Shown here: one piece after another, positions 8,879 to 19,028 of the stretch
How the letters are laid out: every line of letters begins with the position of its first letter
How positions within the stretch are numbered: the first letter of the stretch is position 1
Source: Candidatus Bathyarchaeia archaeon
Lineage (GTDB): Archaea > Thermoproteota > Bathyarchaeia > Bathyarchaeales > Bathycorpusculaceae
Reading direction: 5' to 3'
DNA length: 64,000 bases
Assembly: GCA_049516875.1 (NCBI GenBank)
Contig: JBEKSS010000001.1
Location: 32,001-96,000, forward strand
Notes under the pieces: model-generated
Databases searched by the model: none
The model's input: the letters and a program-made list of their open reading frames with translations, nothing else
Told to the model about the DNA's origin: nothing
Program-made: the position numbers and the translations under genes

Positions 8879-11800
8879 ATGGAGTTTTTGAAAAAAATCG
8901 AGGAAAAATGGCAGAAAAACTGGGAAAAAGCCAGAATCTTCGAGACTGATCCAGACCCGTCCAAGCCCAAGTGTTTCATCACCGTAGCCTATCCCTACCC
9001 CAATTCGCCTCAGCACATCGGCCACGGAAGAACCTACACCATGGCAGACGTCCACGCACGGTACATGCGAATGCGCGGCTACAACACGCTACTGCCTATG
9101 GCCTTCCACTACACGGGTACGCCCGTACTGGCAATGGCCAAACGCCTCGCAGACAATGATAAGGACCTAATCAGCGACTTCGTTAACGTGTACAAAATCC
9201 CAGAACAGAAACTAGAAGAGCTCACGGAACCCATCGCTATGGCCCGTTACTTCCACCAAGAAATCAAAACTGGCATGAAAGAAATAGGCTTCTCAATCGA
9301 CTGGAGACGTGAATTCACCACCGTAGACCCGCATTATAACCGCTTCGTAGAATGGCAATTCGAAAAACTGCGCCAAAACGGATACATCACGCAAGGAAGC
9401 CACCCAGTGGGCTGGTGCCCCAAAGACGGAAACCCAGTCGGCATGCACGACACCGCAGGCGATGTTGAACCAGAAATAGGCGAGTTCACACTCATAAAAT
9501 TCACAAAAGACAACATCGTCTATCCAGCCGCTACACTGAGACCTGAAACAATCTTCGGCGTCACAAACATCTGGCTAAACCCCAGCACAAAATACGCCAA
9601 AGCCACGATCGACGGCGAACCATGGATAATCAGCCAAGAAAGCGCCGAAAAACTCGCCAACCAAAACCGAAAAGTCAAAGTCCAAGAAACCTTTGAAGGC
9701 AGACAGCTCATAGGAAAACACGTTCAAAACCCAGCTACAGGAAGAGAAATCCCAATACTCCCAGCAGACTTCGTAGACCCTAAGAACGCCACAGGTGTCG
9801 TCATGTCAGTCCCAGGACACGCCCCATACGACTACATCGCCCTAGAAAACATAAAGAAAGAACCGCAGAAGCTGAAACAGTACGGAATAACAGCCGAAGA
9901 CATAAACACGATCCAGCCCATCTCGCTCATCGAAGTCAAAGAATACTCGGACATTCCAGCAGCAGACGTAGTAAAGAAAATGAGCATCAAAGAACAGACA
10001 GACTCGAAGCTGGAGGACGCCACGAAAGAGGTCTACAGGCACGAGTTCCACAACGGAAAAATGAAAGCCAACACAGGCAAGTACGCCGGCATGACCGTGG
10101 CTGAAGCAAAAGACAGAGTCAAACAGGACCTAATCCGGGAAGAAAAAGCCACAACCATGTACGAACTGCTTAACAGACCCGTCTTCTGCCGCTGCAAAAC
10201 AGAGTGCATCGTCAAGATAGTCCAAGACCAATGGTTCATCGACTACGGCAAACCCGAGTGGAAGGCCTTAGCACACAAGAACTTGGACATGATGGAAATA
10301 CTGCCCGAAGAAGTACGACTAGAATTCAACAACGTCATCGACTGGCTGCACGAAAGAGCCTGCGCGAGAAAATCAGGCATGGGCACACGCCTACCATGGG
10401 ACAAAGACTGGATCATCGAATCACTCTCAGACTCAACAATCTACATGGCCTACTACACAATAGTCAAACACATAAAACAGCACAAGATCCAGCCAGCCCA
10501 ATTGACCGACGAAACCCTCGACTACATATTTTTAGGCCTTGGAAAACCCGCAGAAATCAGCAGAAAAACGGGCGTAAACACCAAAGTCCTGAATCAGATG
10601 CACGACGAATTCATGTACTTCTATCCGCTGGACAGCAGGCACTCAGGCCGCGAACTCATCCCCAACCACTTCACCTTCATGATATTCAACCACACCGCCA
10701 TATTCCCACAAAACCATTGGCCCCGCCAAATCGTCACCAACGGACACGTCATGATGGAAGGCTCTAAGATGAGCAAATCCTTCGGAAACATCATCCCCCT
10801 ACGCGAAGCCATAACGAAGTTCGGCGCAGACCCAGTAAGACTGAGCGTCTTGTCAACGGCTGAACTGCTTCAAGACTCCGACTTCAGCCCCACAATAGCC
10901 AAATCAATGCGCGACAGACTCGAAAGACTCTACAGATTCGCCTCCGAAACCGCCAAGCCCCCAAGCAAAAAAGCCTCAAAGACGACGTTGACGGCGATGG
11001 ACAGGTGGATGCTCAGCAGACTACACCAGCACATCAGAAACGCAACCGAAGCGATGGACAAACTGGCCGTCCGCAAAGCCATACACACCGTACTCTTCGA
11101 ACTGGATCAAGACTTCCAATGGTACCAAAAACGCATCGCAGATGGAAAGGAAAACCCGAAAAGGAAAGCCGCATCAGCCTACGTTTTTCATGAGGTCTTA
11201 GACGCGCAAACACGGATGCTGGCACCAGTTGCACCGCACACATGCGAAGAAATATGGGAAATGCTAGGCGGAAAAGACTTCATTGCGCGAAGCCCTTGGC
11301 CAACACCCGACGAATCCAAAATAGACGTCAAGGCAGAGGAAAATGAAACCCTCATCGTGAACGTGCTCGAAGATACGCTGAATATCCTTAAAGCGACAGG
11401 CGCAAAACCCGAGAGGATATGCTATTACACGGCTGCCCCATGGAAATGGAAGACGTATATGAAAGCGCTGGAAAAATCCACTTCAGAAAAGATTCTGCAG
11501 AAGGATTTGATGAAACAGCTCATGCAAGAGCCGGAATTGAGGACAAACGCTCACAAAGTAGCCAAGTTCGCAGGTCAAATCGCAGAGGAAATAAACCGAA
11601 CTTCCGAAGAAACAAAACAAAGACGCATACAAACCGGACTTGTAAACGAGACCGAGGCATTAGAAGAAGCACAGAACTTCTTCAAGAAAGAGCTGAACGC
11701 GGAAATCCACGTCTACAACGAAGAAGACGCTGAACGCCACGACCCCAAACAAAGGGCACAACTCGCCAAACCCTACCGCCCAGCCATTTACATAGAATAA
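8879..11800 (+). CDS. leuS: Leucyl-tRNA synthetase (archaeal type)
   Basis: PYPNSPQHIGH, TLRPET, KMSKS; 973 aa. Confidence 0.97.
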   Translation: MEFLKKIEEKWQKNWEKARIFETDPDPSKPKCFITVAYPYPNSPQHIGHGRTYTMADVHARYMRMRGYNTLLPMAFHYTGTPVLAMAKRLADNDKDLISDFVNVYKIPEQKLEELTEPIAMARYFHQEIKTGMKEIGFSIDWRREFTTVDPHYNRFVEWQFEKLRQNGYITQGSHPVGWCPKDGNPVGMHDTAGDVEPEIGEFTLIKFTKDNIVYPAATLRPETIFGVTNIWLNPSTKYAKATIDGEPWIISQESAEKLANQNRKVKVQETFEGRQLIGKHVQNPATGREIPILPADFVDPKNATGVVMSVPGHAPYDYIALENIKKEPQKLKQYGITAEDINTIQPISLIEVKEYSDIPAADVVKKMSIKEQTDSKLEDATKEVYRHEFHNGKMKANTGKYAGMTVAEAKDRVKQDLIREEKATTMYELLNRPVFCRCKTECIVKIVQDQWFIDYGKPEWKALAHKNLDMMEILPEEVRLEFNNVIDWLHERACARKSGMGTRLPWDKDWIIESLSDSTIYMAYYTIVKHIKQHKIQPAQLTDETLDYIFLGLGKPAEISRKTGVNTKVLNQMHDEFMYFYPLDSRHSGRELIPNHFTFMIFNHTAIFPQNHWPRQIVTNGHVMMEGSKMSKSFGNIIPLREAITKFGADPVRLSVLSTAELLQDSDFSPTIAKSMRDRLERLYRFASETAKPPSKKASKTTLTAMDRWMLSRLHQHIRNATEAMDKLAVRKAIHTVLFELDQDFQWYQKRIADGKENPKRKAASAYVFHEVLDAQTRMLAPVAPHTCEEIWEMLGGKDFIARSPWPTPDESKIDVKAEENETLIVNVLEDTLNILKATGAKPERICYYTAAPWKWKTYMKALEKSTSEKILQKDLMKQLMQEPELRTNAHKVAKFAGQIAEEINRTSEETKQRRIQTGLVNETEALEEAQNFFKKELNAEIHVYNEEDAERHDPKQRAQLAKPYRPAIYIE

Positions 11801-11841
11801 AATATATCAACCAAATACCCTTCCTTCTATTGCCCGAAAAA

Positions 11842-11955
11842 GGATCCGTAGCGCAGCATGGATACTCCTTAAGCCATAAAGCGCGTCGGCCTTCTAACGC
11901 GCTAAAAGCCGAAGAAAGCCGAAAGTCCTGGGTTCAAATCCCAGCGGATCCGCCA
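11842..11955 (+). tRNA. tRNA-Arg(UCU) with two introns (D-loop 11864-11879; canonical 37/38 11897-11916), CCA encoded
   Basis: Acceptor GGATCCG/CGGATCC, anticodon stem TCGGC/GCCGA, T-loop TTCAAAT; both introns form bulge-helix-bulge motifs. Confidence 0.9.
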
Positions 11956-12047
11956 CACACCGAGCGAATATGTACCTTGACTACTTGTATTTCCCCCTTT
12001 TTTCCAGAAAGAAGATGAGGAATTGCAGCGTCTAGAATTTTGTTGTT

Positions 12048-12065
12048 GGGGTAAAGTTTTATCCC
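12048..12065 (+). repeat. Palindromic boundary site 1
   Basis: GGGGTAAAGTTTTATCCC. Confidence 0.9.
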
Positions 12066-12115
12066 AAACACACACACGCGCACTATGTCTGTCTCAGTCT
12101 GTCAGTCTCTCAAGT

Positions 12116-12946
12116 CTATTTTAGTCCTTTCTTTTTACTTAACTCCTGCCATATTTTCAAGCCTCTTCGAATACGTTTTTTTCTGTTCAAATCGGTAATA
12201 ACCGCGAAAGTGCCAATTCGAGGGTCAGGCGAAAGAGTAAATGTTGAGTTCGTTGTTTCAGCCTCTATCTTCATAGCTACAAAGCATTTGTGTGCAAATC
12301 TAACATGAGTCTTAGCGCTCTCCCAAATGATTTGCTTGGGGCTAAACCTTAAGTTGTGCTGATTTTTCCAAATATTAGCAAGCATATTTATGGGATAAGC
12401 TCTTGCGTCAATTTCCAGTTCGATGTCTCGTTTTTTTCTTCTTATCTTAAGCCATTGAAATCCTGATTCAAGATCCCAAGGCAACGGATTCCCAGAAACC
12501 CACTCGTTATTCATAATCTTAGCAGCTAATCGATTTTGCTGATCATAAAGCGTTGCTGAAATCTCTATTCTGTTTTTGTTGATATTCAAAGATAGCAGAT
12601 TCTCACCATCAATTGCCACTAAATCTCCAGTGCCAATTATTTGGCTAGTCCCGACATTAACAATAGGAATATTCTGATTGACTTCTAGCTGCCCTTGAAC
12701 AAACCCTTGTTTAATATTATAGGGATTCGATTTGTAGAATAGTTGTTCTTTCTTAGTCATTACTTTGTGTGTTGCTTTGTAATGACATGGAAAAGGACAA
12801 AGCAGCATGATATCCTCCGGTTTTTTGGATTTTCTTACAATATGGTGATATTGAACTATTGGTTGACCACATTTGCAACACCCAAAACCTGCTTCTTGTC
12901 TGACGATTCTCTTGACAGGAGCGGGTATCTCAGTTCTCTCGCTCAT
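12116..12946 (-). CDS. HNH endonuclease domain protein
   Basis: IPAPVKRIVRQEAGFGCCKCG...YHHI...LLCPFPCH; GGTGA SD upstream. Confidence 0.8.
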   Translation of the reverse strand: MSERTEIPAPVKRIVRQEAGFGCCKCGQPIVQYHHIVRKSKKPEDIMLLCPFPCHYKATHKVMTKKEQLFYKSNPYNIKQGFVQGQLEVNQNIPIVNVGTSQIIGTGDLVAIDGENLLSLNINKNRIEISATLYDQQNRLAAKIMNNEWVSGNPLPWDLESGFQWLKIRRKKRDIELEIDARAYPINMLANIWKNQHNLRFSPKQIIWESAKTHVRFAHKCFVAMKIEAETTNSTFTLSPDPRIGTFAVITDLNRKKRIRRGLKIWQELSKKKGLK

Positions 12947-12956
12947 TTTCAATCAC

Positions 12957-13345
12957 CTATTTTGGGAATGCGATTCTTGGAATCCACTTCCGTTTTTCAT
13001 TTCTCAAGTATTGAGCTAACAGGGAGGCCTCTTCACAAATCAACGTCTCAACTTCCTGACTTTTACCATATCTAATCCGTGGGATATCAACCCTCATCAA
13101 TAAGTATTCGTTCAGATGTCTAAGCAAATCTCTGTGTTCAGTTCACTTAAGTACTGCCTCTTTCCTTTCTTTCTCGTTGAAAGAATCTCTGTCTTCAGAA
13201 CGAAGTCAGACGGTTTGAGCTTCTTACAGTACTGGATCAGAAAGTCGTCTATCAAATAGCGGTACAATTCCATGAAGTCACATATCAGACTCGGCTTGCC
13301 CATTGCGGCAGTGTGCAGAAACCCAAGGTAGGGTTCAAGCTTGGC
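12957..13345 (-). pseudogene. cas1: Cas1-solo (casposase-like) C-terminal remnant, frameshifted near 13133
   Basis: AKLEPYLGFLH...KPSLICDFMELYR, then in shifted frame RVDIPRIRYGKSQEVETLICEEASLLAQYLRNEKRKWIPRIAFPK*. Confidence 0.85.
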
Positions 13346-13350
13346 CTTTA

Positions 13351-13701
13351 TCAATAGCGCACGCGCTCTTCCTCCTTGGTTTCCAAAAGTCGCTTGACGC
13401 TCTCTGGAACTTGTCCTTCAATCCAAATGTCTTCAATATCTTTGAACGGCACAAATACAATATCGCCAAAAGTCAAATGCGTGATTTCAGTTGGAGTATT
13501 ATCGAGAGTTCCCTTCACAAGCTGATTTTCAACTTGAACTTCGGAAACCTTGACCCACATATGTTCGACACGTTTACCAGCAGAGAATGCAGATTTCACC
13601 ATATCGGCTTTGAGTAACTGCTCCACAGTGAATTTTCCCTTGTTTGGATAGAGTTTCTCTGAACATTCAGGACAAACATAGAGAATATTGGGATCAGACA
13701 T
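13351..13701 (-). CDS. DUF2314/YegJ-like protein with N-terminal CPEC
   Basis: EHMWVKV...GTLDNTP...GDIV; GGAG SD before MSDPN. Confidence 0.65.
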   Translation of the reverse strand: MSDPNILYVCPECSEKLYPNKGKFTVEQLLKADMVKSAFSAGKRVEHMWVKVSEVQVENQLVKGTLDNTPTEITHLTFGDIVFVPFKDIEDIWIEGQVPESVKRLLETKEEERVRY

Positions 13702-13831
13702 TATTCTCCACTCCAAACGCGCGCGCCCTAAGTATCCCAATTGATTTAACTTATCGTTTATGAATCGGAAATTCAGAACCAGAATTGGGTTTGGGTTTGT
13801 GTGTGTGCGCGCGCTTGCTCTTCCCTTTATC

Positions 13832-14047
13832 TCAATCTCCTTTTCTAAGATTTCTTTTGAACATTTTCTCGATGTTATAATTATCAACCGCTTGAAGACT
13901 TTCTTTTATCAATTCAACTTCTGTCTTTCTAGGGACATAGGAAACACTACCATTAGAATTAATCCAGAAATTGGAATCTTCAACAAAATGCACAACCATC
14001 AATAGGCGACCGTCAGAAGACATACGAACTTCAATTTTCGCTGGCAT
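13832..14047 (-). CDS. Hypothetical protein
   Basis: 71 aa ATG ORF with TATA-like sequence upstream. Confidence 0.5.
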   Translation of the reverse strand: MPAKIEVRMSSDGRLLMVVHFVEDSNFWINSNGSVSYVPRKTEVELIKESLQAVDNYNIEKMFKRNLRKGD

Positions 14048-14575
14048 GCAAAAATATATTGTGGAAGTGATATTTTTGCGTTGAGTTTTTGATTAACTAC
14101 TGCATCGTTCGCTATTTTTGTATTATCCAACGTTGCATTCGCTAATTCAATAGGCTAAAACAGGTGATATTCACTTCAATAAGTTGAAAAGGTAGCATGT
14201 AACTTCAATCATTTGCTTTGGAATAGTAGATTTTAATGTTGCTAGAAATACTTGGCTCAAATTGGTCAGTTTATGTTGATTTGTTTATCTCAGAAAGGTA
14301 TAGCAAGAGTGGAAGCGTTTCTTGACTCACTACCTTGCGCGTGCTTTTATTTGAAATAACAAATTCGAGAGCCTATTAAGGTTAGAGGATTCTAACTAAG
14401 AGCGCGCGCTGCCATGTATTCATCTTTCCCGATTTTCTATGCTCTTATTCTCCAGATTTGAAGTTTTACAATTACGAAGGGTTTTGGGATTCCTTTAAGC
14501 GCGCCATAAGCCATTTTGAAATGAATGAAAGAATTTATTAATCTGTTGAAATAGAATGGTTCACTGGGAATAGCA

Positions 14576-15034
14576 TTGTCGCAATTACTTCCTCTCGAGA
14601 AATTTCTCTCAATGTTTGAGTCTGATTTGCAAAACACGGTGGCTAACATTGAATGGATGATACCAGAGCGAAAGGATATTTATGGTTTAGTAAGAAACGC
14701 ATGGAAAGAGCTTCAACCGCAATTTGAAACAGCGACAAAAGAGATACGTGAGATTGTATCTACCGATGTTAGCGCGGGCGCGCGCTTTCAAGCTATGGGA
14801 TTATCAGGTTCACAGTTAGAACTAAAGATTAAAGAATACACAAGACGTAGAGAACGACTGCTTAATTTTGATAAGCTTAAGCTATCAAGAATTGCAAGTG
14901 ACGTTTTGAAGAGATTATTAAAAGCGTTATTGACCTCTGCTGACAATATACTTGACACTTTGGCATCAATTTTCCCTCCTATGCAGGCAATCAAGGAATT
15001 CAAGGATACTCTCGTAAGTATAGCGTCAGACTAA
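14576..15034 (+). CDS. Hypothetical helical protein
   Basis: 152 aa ORF in AT-rich island. Confidence 0.6.
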   Translation: MSQLLPLEKFLSMFESDLQNTVANIEWMIPERKDIYGLVRNAWKELQPQFETATKEIREIVSTDVSAGARFQAMGLSGSQLELKIKEYTRRRERLLNFDKLKLSRIASDVLKRLLKALLTSADNILDTLASIFPPMQAIKEFKDTLVSIASD

Positions 15035-15126
15035 GTGTAGCGCGCGCCAGACTTGAGAGTTGCCGACAAATATAAGACGAACTTCAACAATATGAGAGTG
15101 ATTTCTGCCTATTTGGTGATAGCAAC

Positions 15127-15342
15127 ATGGTCAGCGATACTCTCGTAGGAAAAATAATCAAAATGTCTGGTAACAACCTTACAATAAGGGTTTTTGTTGA
15201 GTCTGGCGAAAAAACAGAATACTATGAGGTAACGCTTCCAGTCAAAGCAGAACTTCTTGACACTGCTGTGTCAAATATCGGCAGGAAGGTTAGTTTCTAC
15301 ACATGGAAGGGCTATATAGACGGTCTCGAAACAGCCTCCTAG
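15127..15342 (+). CDS. Small hypothetical protein
   Basis: GGTGA SD, 71 aa, beta-rich. Confidence 0.6.
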   Translation: MVSDTLVGKIIKMSGNNLTIRVFVESGEKTEYYEVTLPVKAELLDTAVSNIGRKVSFYTWKGYIDGLETAS

Positions 15343-15417
15343 CCACTTGCTCTGCGCGCGCAAAATAAAAAATCCAGAAACAGTGTCGTCGTCCGTCGTC
15401 GTAAATATTGTGTGTGT

Positions 15418-15435
15418 GGATAAAACTTTACCCCC
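15418..15435 (-). repeat. Palindromic boundary site 2
   Basis: GGATAAAACTTTACCCCC. Confidence 0.9.
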
Positions 15436-15552
15436 AAACCCAAACCCTGCCGAAGCAGCAAAGAAAAACAGAGACGCAGAAAAATCTGCAAAACCGCTTT
15501 AGATCTTCATCTCTTCAACCTTTAGCGAGCTAGGGGGCAAAACTGGTGATGA

Positions 15553-15699
15553 TTAAAAAGCCTTCAGAGCTTTCATTTGATTAGATAACTTGAGTTTAAT
15601 ACAGTTAGTGCAGACCGTGACAAATACCTTCTCATTAGGAAAACCCACTGCATACGGCACTATTTCTGCTCCACACTTGGGGCACTTCACTTGCGACAT
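15553..15699 (-). CDS. Zinc-ribbon microprotein (48 aa)
   Basis: Manual translation MSQVKCPKCGAEIVPYAVGFPNEKVFVTVCTNCIKLKLSNQMKALKAF; GAGGT SD. Confidence 0.6.
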   Translation of the reverse strand: MSQVKCPKCGAEIVPYAVGFPNEKVFVTVCTNCIKLKLSNQMKALKAF

Positions 15700-15931
15700 T
15701 CTTCTACCTCAGCTATCCAACTGATCAATCAAATTGAAACGGACACTTAAACGGTATTTCGATCAGCAGAATATTACCAAAAAAGCGCGCGCTCGTCCTT
15801 CTCACACACACGCCGTGTGAGTGTGTGTTGTATGGGTAGGTATAGGTAGGTGTAGAGGTAGGAGTTGGCAGTGGCAGTGACCGAGAGTTTGAGTGACTGG
15901 CAGAGCGAGTGACCGTGAAATTGGTTGGTTG

Positions 15932-15948
15932 AGGGTGAAGTTTTATCC
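15932..15948 (+). repeat. Palindromic boundary site 3 (GTGAAG variant)
   Basis: AGGGTGAAGTTTTATCC. Confidence 0.8.
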
Positions 15949-16021
15949 AATTGACCAAATTTCGGAGTTGCGGAAAAGTTATAGCTGAACCAGTTCAATC
16001 AGCTTCAGTGCGTGTTCACAA

Positions 16022-16558
16022 TTGCTTGAAGGAAAGAATATTAACATGAGGGTTATGGAGAAAGAGGACTTGCCACTATTTGCAGAATGGGTTAACAAGC
16101 CTGAGTTCATTGGTGAATACAATCCTCTGCGACAGATGTCCAGAACAGAGATAGAGAAGGGTTATGAAAAAAGCAGTCTTGAACAAATGGAGTTTATTAT
16201 TGAAAAGAAAGATGGAAATAAAATCGGTTACATATGGCATTTTGCTGCCCATCCTGTAGCAAAACTGTTGGAGATAGGTTATTTCTTAGTTCCAAGCGAG
16301 AGAGGTAAAGGCTACTGTACTGAAGCCGTCAACATTATGGTCGACTACTTGTTTCTCTCAAAAGAAATCATACGTATTCAAGCTCATACTGAACTGAGAA
16401 ATATGGCTTCTCAGAGGGTTTTAGAAAAAGTTGGATTCAAAAAGGAAGGAACAGTTCGCAAATCCTTTTTCAACAGAGGAGAATATAGAGATGCTTGTCT
16501 GTATAGCATCCTGAGAGTGGAATGGAAAGAACCAAGAATACTGACAAGGACCGCTTAA
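16022..16558 (+). CDS. GNAT N-acetyltransferase, RimJ/RimL family
   Basis: EIGY...ERGKGYCTEA...NMASQRVLEKVGFKKEG. Confidence 0.92.
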   Translation: MLEGKNINMRVMEKEDLPLFAEWVNKPEFIGEYNPLRQMSRTEIEKGYEKSSLEQMEFIIEKKDGNKIGYIWHFAAHPVAKLLEIGYFLVPSERGKGYCTEAVNIMVDYLFLSKEIIRIQAHTELRNMASQRVLEKVGFKKEGTVRKSFFNRGEYRDACLYSILRVEWKEPRILTRTA

Positions 16559-16563
16559 GAAAT

Positions 16564-16582
16564 GGGGATAAGACTTCACCCC
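16564..16582 (-). repeat. Palindromic boundary site 4 (GTGAAG variant)
   Basis: GGGGATAAGACTTCACCCC. Confidence 0.8.
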
Positions 16583-16679
16583 TACATACACCACTCTTTC
16601 TAGACCGAGGCACCAGTAAAATGCAGTCAACACATATATGACATAGCAATCAAAGACTCAAAAAGAGGAAACACCAACT

Positions 16680-17132
16680 ATGAAACAGCAAACAAGCCAG
16701 TTCTCAGAAAAAGCAGCAAACTTCTTCAGGCAAGACTACAACTGCGCTCAAAGCGTCCTGTTGACCATGCAAGAATACTATGGCATTCGCAGGAACAGGT
16801 TAATCCCAAAAATCGCCACAGCGTTTGGAGGGGGAATCGGGAGACGCGGCTCACTGTGTGAAGCGTTAACAGGCGCCATAATGGCCATTGGGTTGAGGCA
16901 TGGAACCAACAAGACAGTCTTGGCAGAAAAAGAAAAGGCATACCAGATAGCTCTAAGATTCTACGAACAATTTGTAAAAGAATGTGGTAGCCCCTTCTGC
17001 AGAGAACTCATCGGATATGATTTAACTAATCCCGAAGAACTCGAAAGACTACGAAAGTCAAACGTGCGCGAAGAAAAATGCTCCTATTTCGTGACAAAGG
17101 CTGTTGAAATACTGATTAGCTTAGAAGAGTAA
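16680..17132 (+). CDS. C_GCAxxG_C_C family putative redox protein
   Basis: YNCAQSV, FGGGIG, LCEALTG, CREL. Confidence 0.88.
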   Translation: MKQQTSQFSEKAANFFRQDYNCAQSVLLTMQEYYGIRRNRLIPKIATAFGGGIGRRGSLCEALTGAIMAIGLRHGTNKTVLAEKEKAYQIALRFYEQFVKECGSPFCRELIGYDLTNPEELERLRKSNVREEKCSYFVTKAVEILISLEE

Positions 17133-17396
17133 TAGAGCCCAGCGTGGACTTGAACATAAGGCAAGTGGCGATGTCTCCCGCAAACCCCTCTTTTTCTATG
17201 TCAATCCAGATTCCGAGTTCATCATTATATAGCGAATCCGCCGGGAATTGAACCCCGCAGGGTGAATTTGACCCGCCTCTGGGTCTTCTTCAGCATCCCT
17301 CTTTTTTCTATTTTGCGCTTGTATGCTTCTTTTGTCGTACATGAAAGCATGCTCTTGCAAGTCAATTTCCACTTCTAAAGAATGGTAACATTTTAT

Positions 17397-17582
17397 AGCG
17401 CGCATGTGTGTTCCTAAATTGGCCAAAAATGGTTTTTATTCGCCTTTTGTGATTTGGGGACAGTTTTGGACTTCGCATTTGTTCCTGAATTCCTTGCGGC
17501 AACCAGCCTTCTCGAACAAGCAGAAGTGTGCAGAACGGAATTAAAACCATTTTTAACCATTTTCGGAACAGGCATGCGCGCT
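17397..17582. mobile_element. MITE-like element flanked by GCGCGC
   Basis: AGCGCGCATGTGTGTTCCTAAATTGG versus reverse complement of right end AGCGCGCATGCCTGTTCCGAAAATGG (22/26). Confidence 0.65.
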
Positions 17583-17666
17583 GGGCTTGAGCGCCAGTTG
17601 AGTCTATAACCACAAAATTCTTTTGGTGTGAACAACCCTTTGTTTGTCTAGCTGTTGAGGTGTCGT

Positions 17667-19028
17667 ATGTTGACTTATGACAAGTACAAGCTTCTAGAAG
17701 CAGCGAAGAAAAATGAACAATCAGAAATAGAATGCTTGAAGAAACTGGTTGACATTCCAACCTGTTACGACAAACAGCACGACATGAAACCCATCATCGC
17801 ACAACTGACTGAGGAATTTGAAAAAAGAGGATACCAAGCTCGAACCTTTTCAACGTCCGGTGCGCCTGTAGTGGTCGCCGAAAAGAACCTTGGCATGGAA
17901 AAAACGTTGCTGTTCTATAATCACTACGACGTTCAGCCCGAGGAGCCACTGGAAGAGTGGAAATCTCCTCCATACAACCTGTCGACAAGAAACGACCGAT
18001 TGTATGGCAGGGGTGTCAGTGATGACAAGGGTCCTCTTGTTGCCAACCTCTTCGGCGTTCAGACCGCGCTTGAGGTGGGGTATGAACCACGGTGCAACAT
18101 AAGGTTCATTGTCGAAGGTGAGGAAGAAGCGGGCAGCATTCATCTCGCAGAGTTCTGCAAAGCACATCCAGAGTTGTTGAAGGCTGATGGCTGCGTCTGG
18201 GAGGGAGCGAACGCTGTTCCCAACCAACGAAGCGAGATATGCGCAGGAGTCAAGGGCGATGTCTACTTTGAACTCCACGTGAAGGGGTTTCACAAGGATG
18301 CGCATTCTGGTGACGCCCCAATTGTAGTCAACCCTGCTTGGAGATTGGTTTGGGCTTTGTCCACTATCAAGGATGAGAAGGAGAATATTCTGATTGATGG
18401 CTTCTATGATGACGTTGTTCCTCCGAGGAGAGAGGAACTGGAGCTTTTCGAGAAGTATCCTCCTGAACAGATTGAGCAGTATAAGCAGCTATACAAGACT
18501 GACAAGTTTTTGTTAGGAAGAGAAGGCGTGGGATTCTGGAAGGAACTAACCCTCAGACCAACATGTACAATATGTGGTCTGCTGGCCGGCTGGACGGGAC
18601 CCGGCTCCAAAACGGTCGTGGGCAGAGAAGCCATGTCAAAAGTGGATTTCAGAATCGTACCAGACCAGAAGGTGGACAGAGTCAAAAGACTATTGCGTGA
18701 GCATTTGGACAAACATGGTTTTTCTGACATCGAAGCGAGGTTTCTTACGGGCTACGAGCCTAGCAGGACATCGATCGATCATCCATTCATCCGATTGTTG
18801 GCAAATCTGGCCAGAGATTTTAGTGCTAAGGACGCCCTTCTGGTTCCTTCCTCTCAAGGGTCTGGGCCGGCTTACCTTTTTGGCTCCTACACCCCTTGGG
18901 CTGCATGCGGCACTTTCGATCCTGAAGACAACATTCACGCGCCAAACGAGAGCATGAGGTTGAACGATCTCAGATACATGACTGCCTTTATCGCCGCCGT
19001 AGCCACAGAACTAGGAACCAAAAAATGA
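17667..19028 (+). CDS. M20/ArgE/DapE family metallopeptidase
   Basis: HYDVQP, GRGVSDDKG, EGEEEAGS, HAPNE. Confidence 0.92.
   Translation: MLTYDKYKLLEAAKKNEQSEIECLKKLVDIPTCYDKQHDMKPIIAQLTEEFEKRGYQARTFSTSGAPVVVAEKNLGMEKTLLFYNHYDVQPEEPLEEWKSPPYNLSTRNDRLYGRGVSDDKGPLVANLFGVQTALEVGYEPRCNIRFIVEGEEEAGSIHLAEFCKAHPELLKADGCVWEGANAVPNQRSEICAGVKGDVYFELHVKGFHKDAHSGDAPIVVNPAWRLVWALSTIKDEKENILIDGFYDDVVPPRREELELFEKYPPEQIEQYKQLYKTDKFLLGREGVGFWKELTLRPTCTICGLLAGWTGPGSKTVVGREAMSKVDFRIVPDQKVDRVKRLLREHLDKHGFSDIEARFLTGYEPSRTSIDHPFIRLLANLARDFSAKDALLVPSSQGSGPAYLFGSYTPWAACGTFDPEDNIHAPNESMRLNDLRYMTAFIAAVATELGTKK

Larger units (their letters stand above)
12048..15435. mobile_element. Degenerate casposon-like unit bounded by ~30 bp inverted repeats
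   Basis: Left GGGGTAAAGTTTTATCCCAAACACACACAC, right reverse complement GGGGGTAAAGTTTTATCCACACACACA; contains cas1 remnant and HNH; AT-rich; no TSD seen. Confidence 0.6.

Noticed and set aside
12030-16600. Target-site duplications around units 1-2 and 3-4
   Set aside because: Outer flanks show no direct repeat by eye.
11920-17000. tRNA-targeted integrase element (attL/attR)
   Set aside because: No duplicated tRNA-Arg 3' end and no integrase found.
17196-17400. Transposase fragment (KRDAEEDPEA)
   Set aside because: Only a faint resemblance to IS5-type motifs; not supportable without a search.
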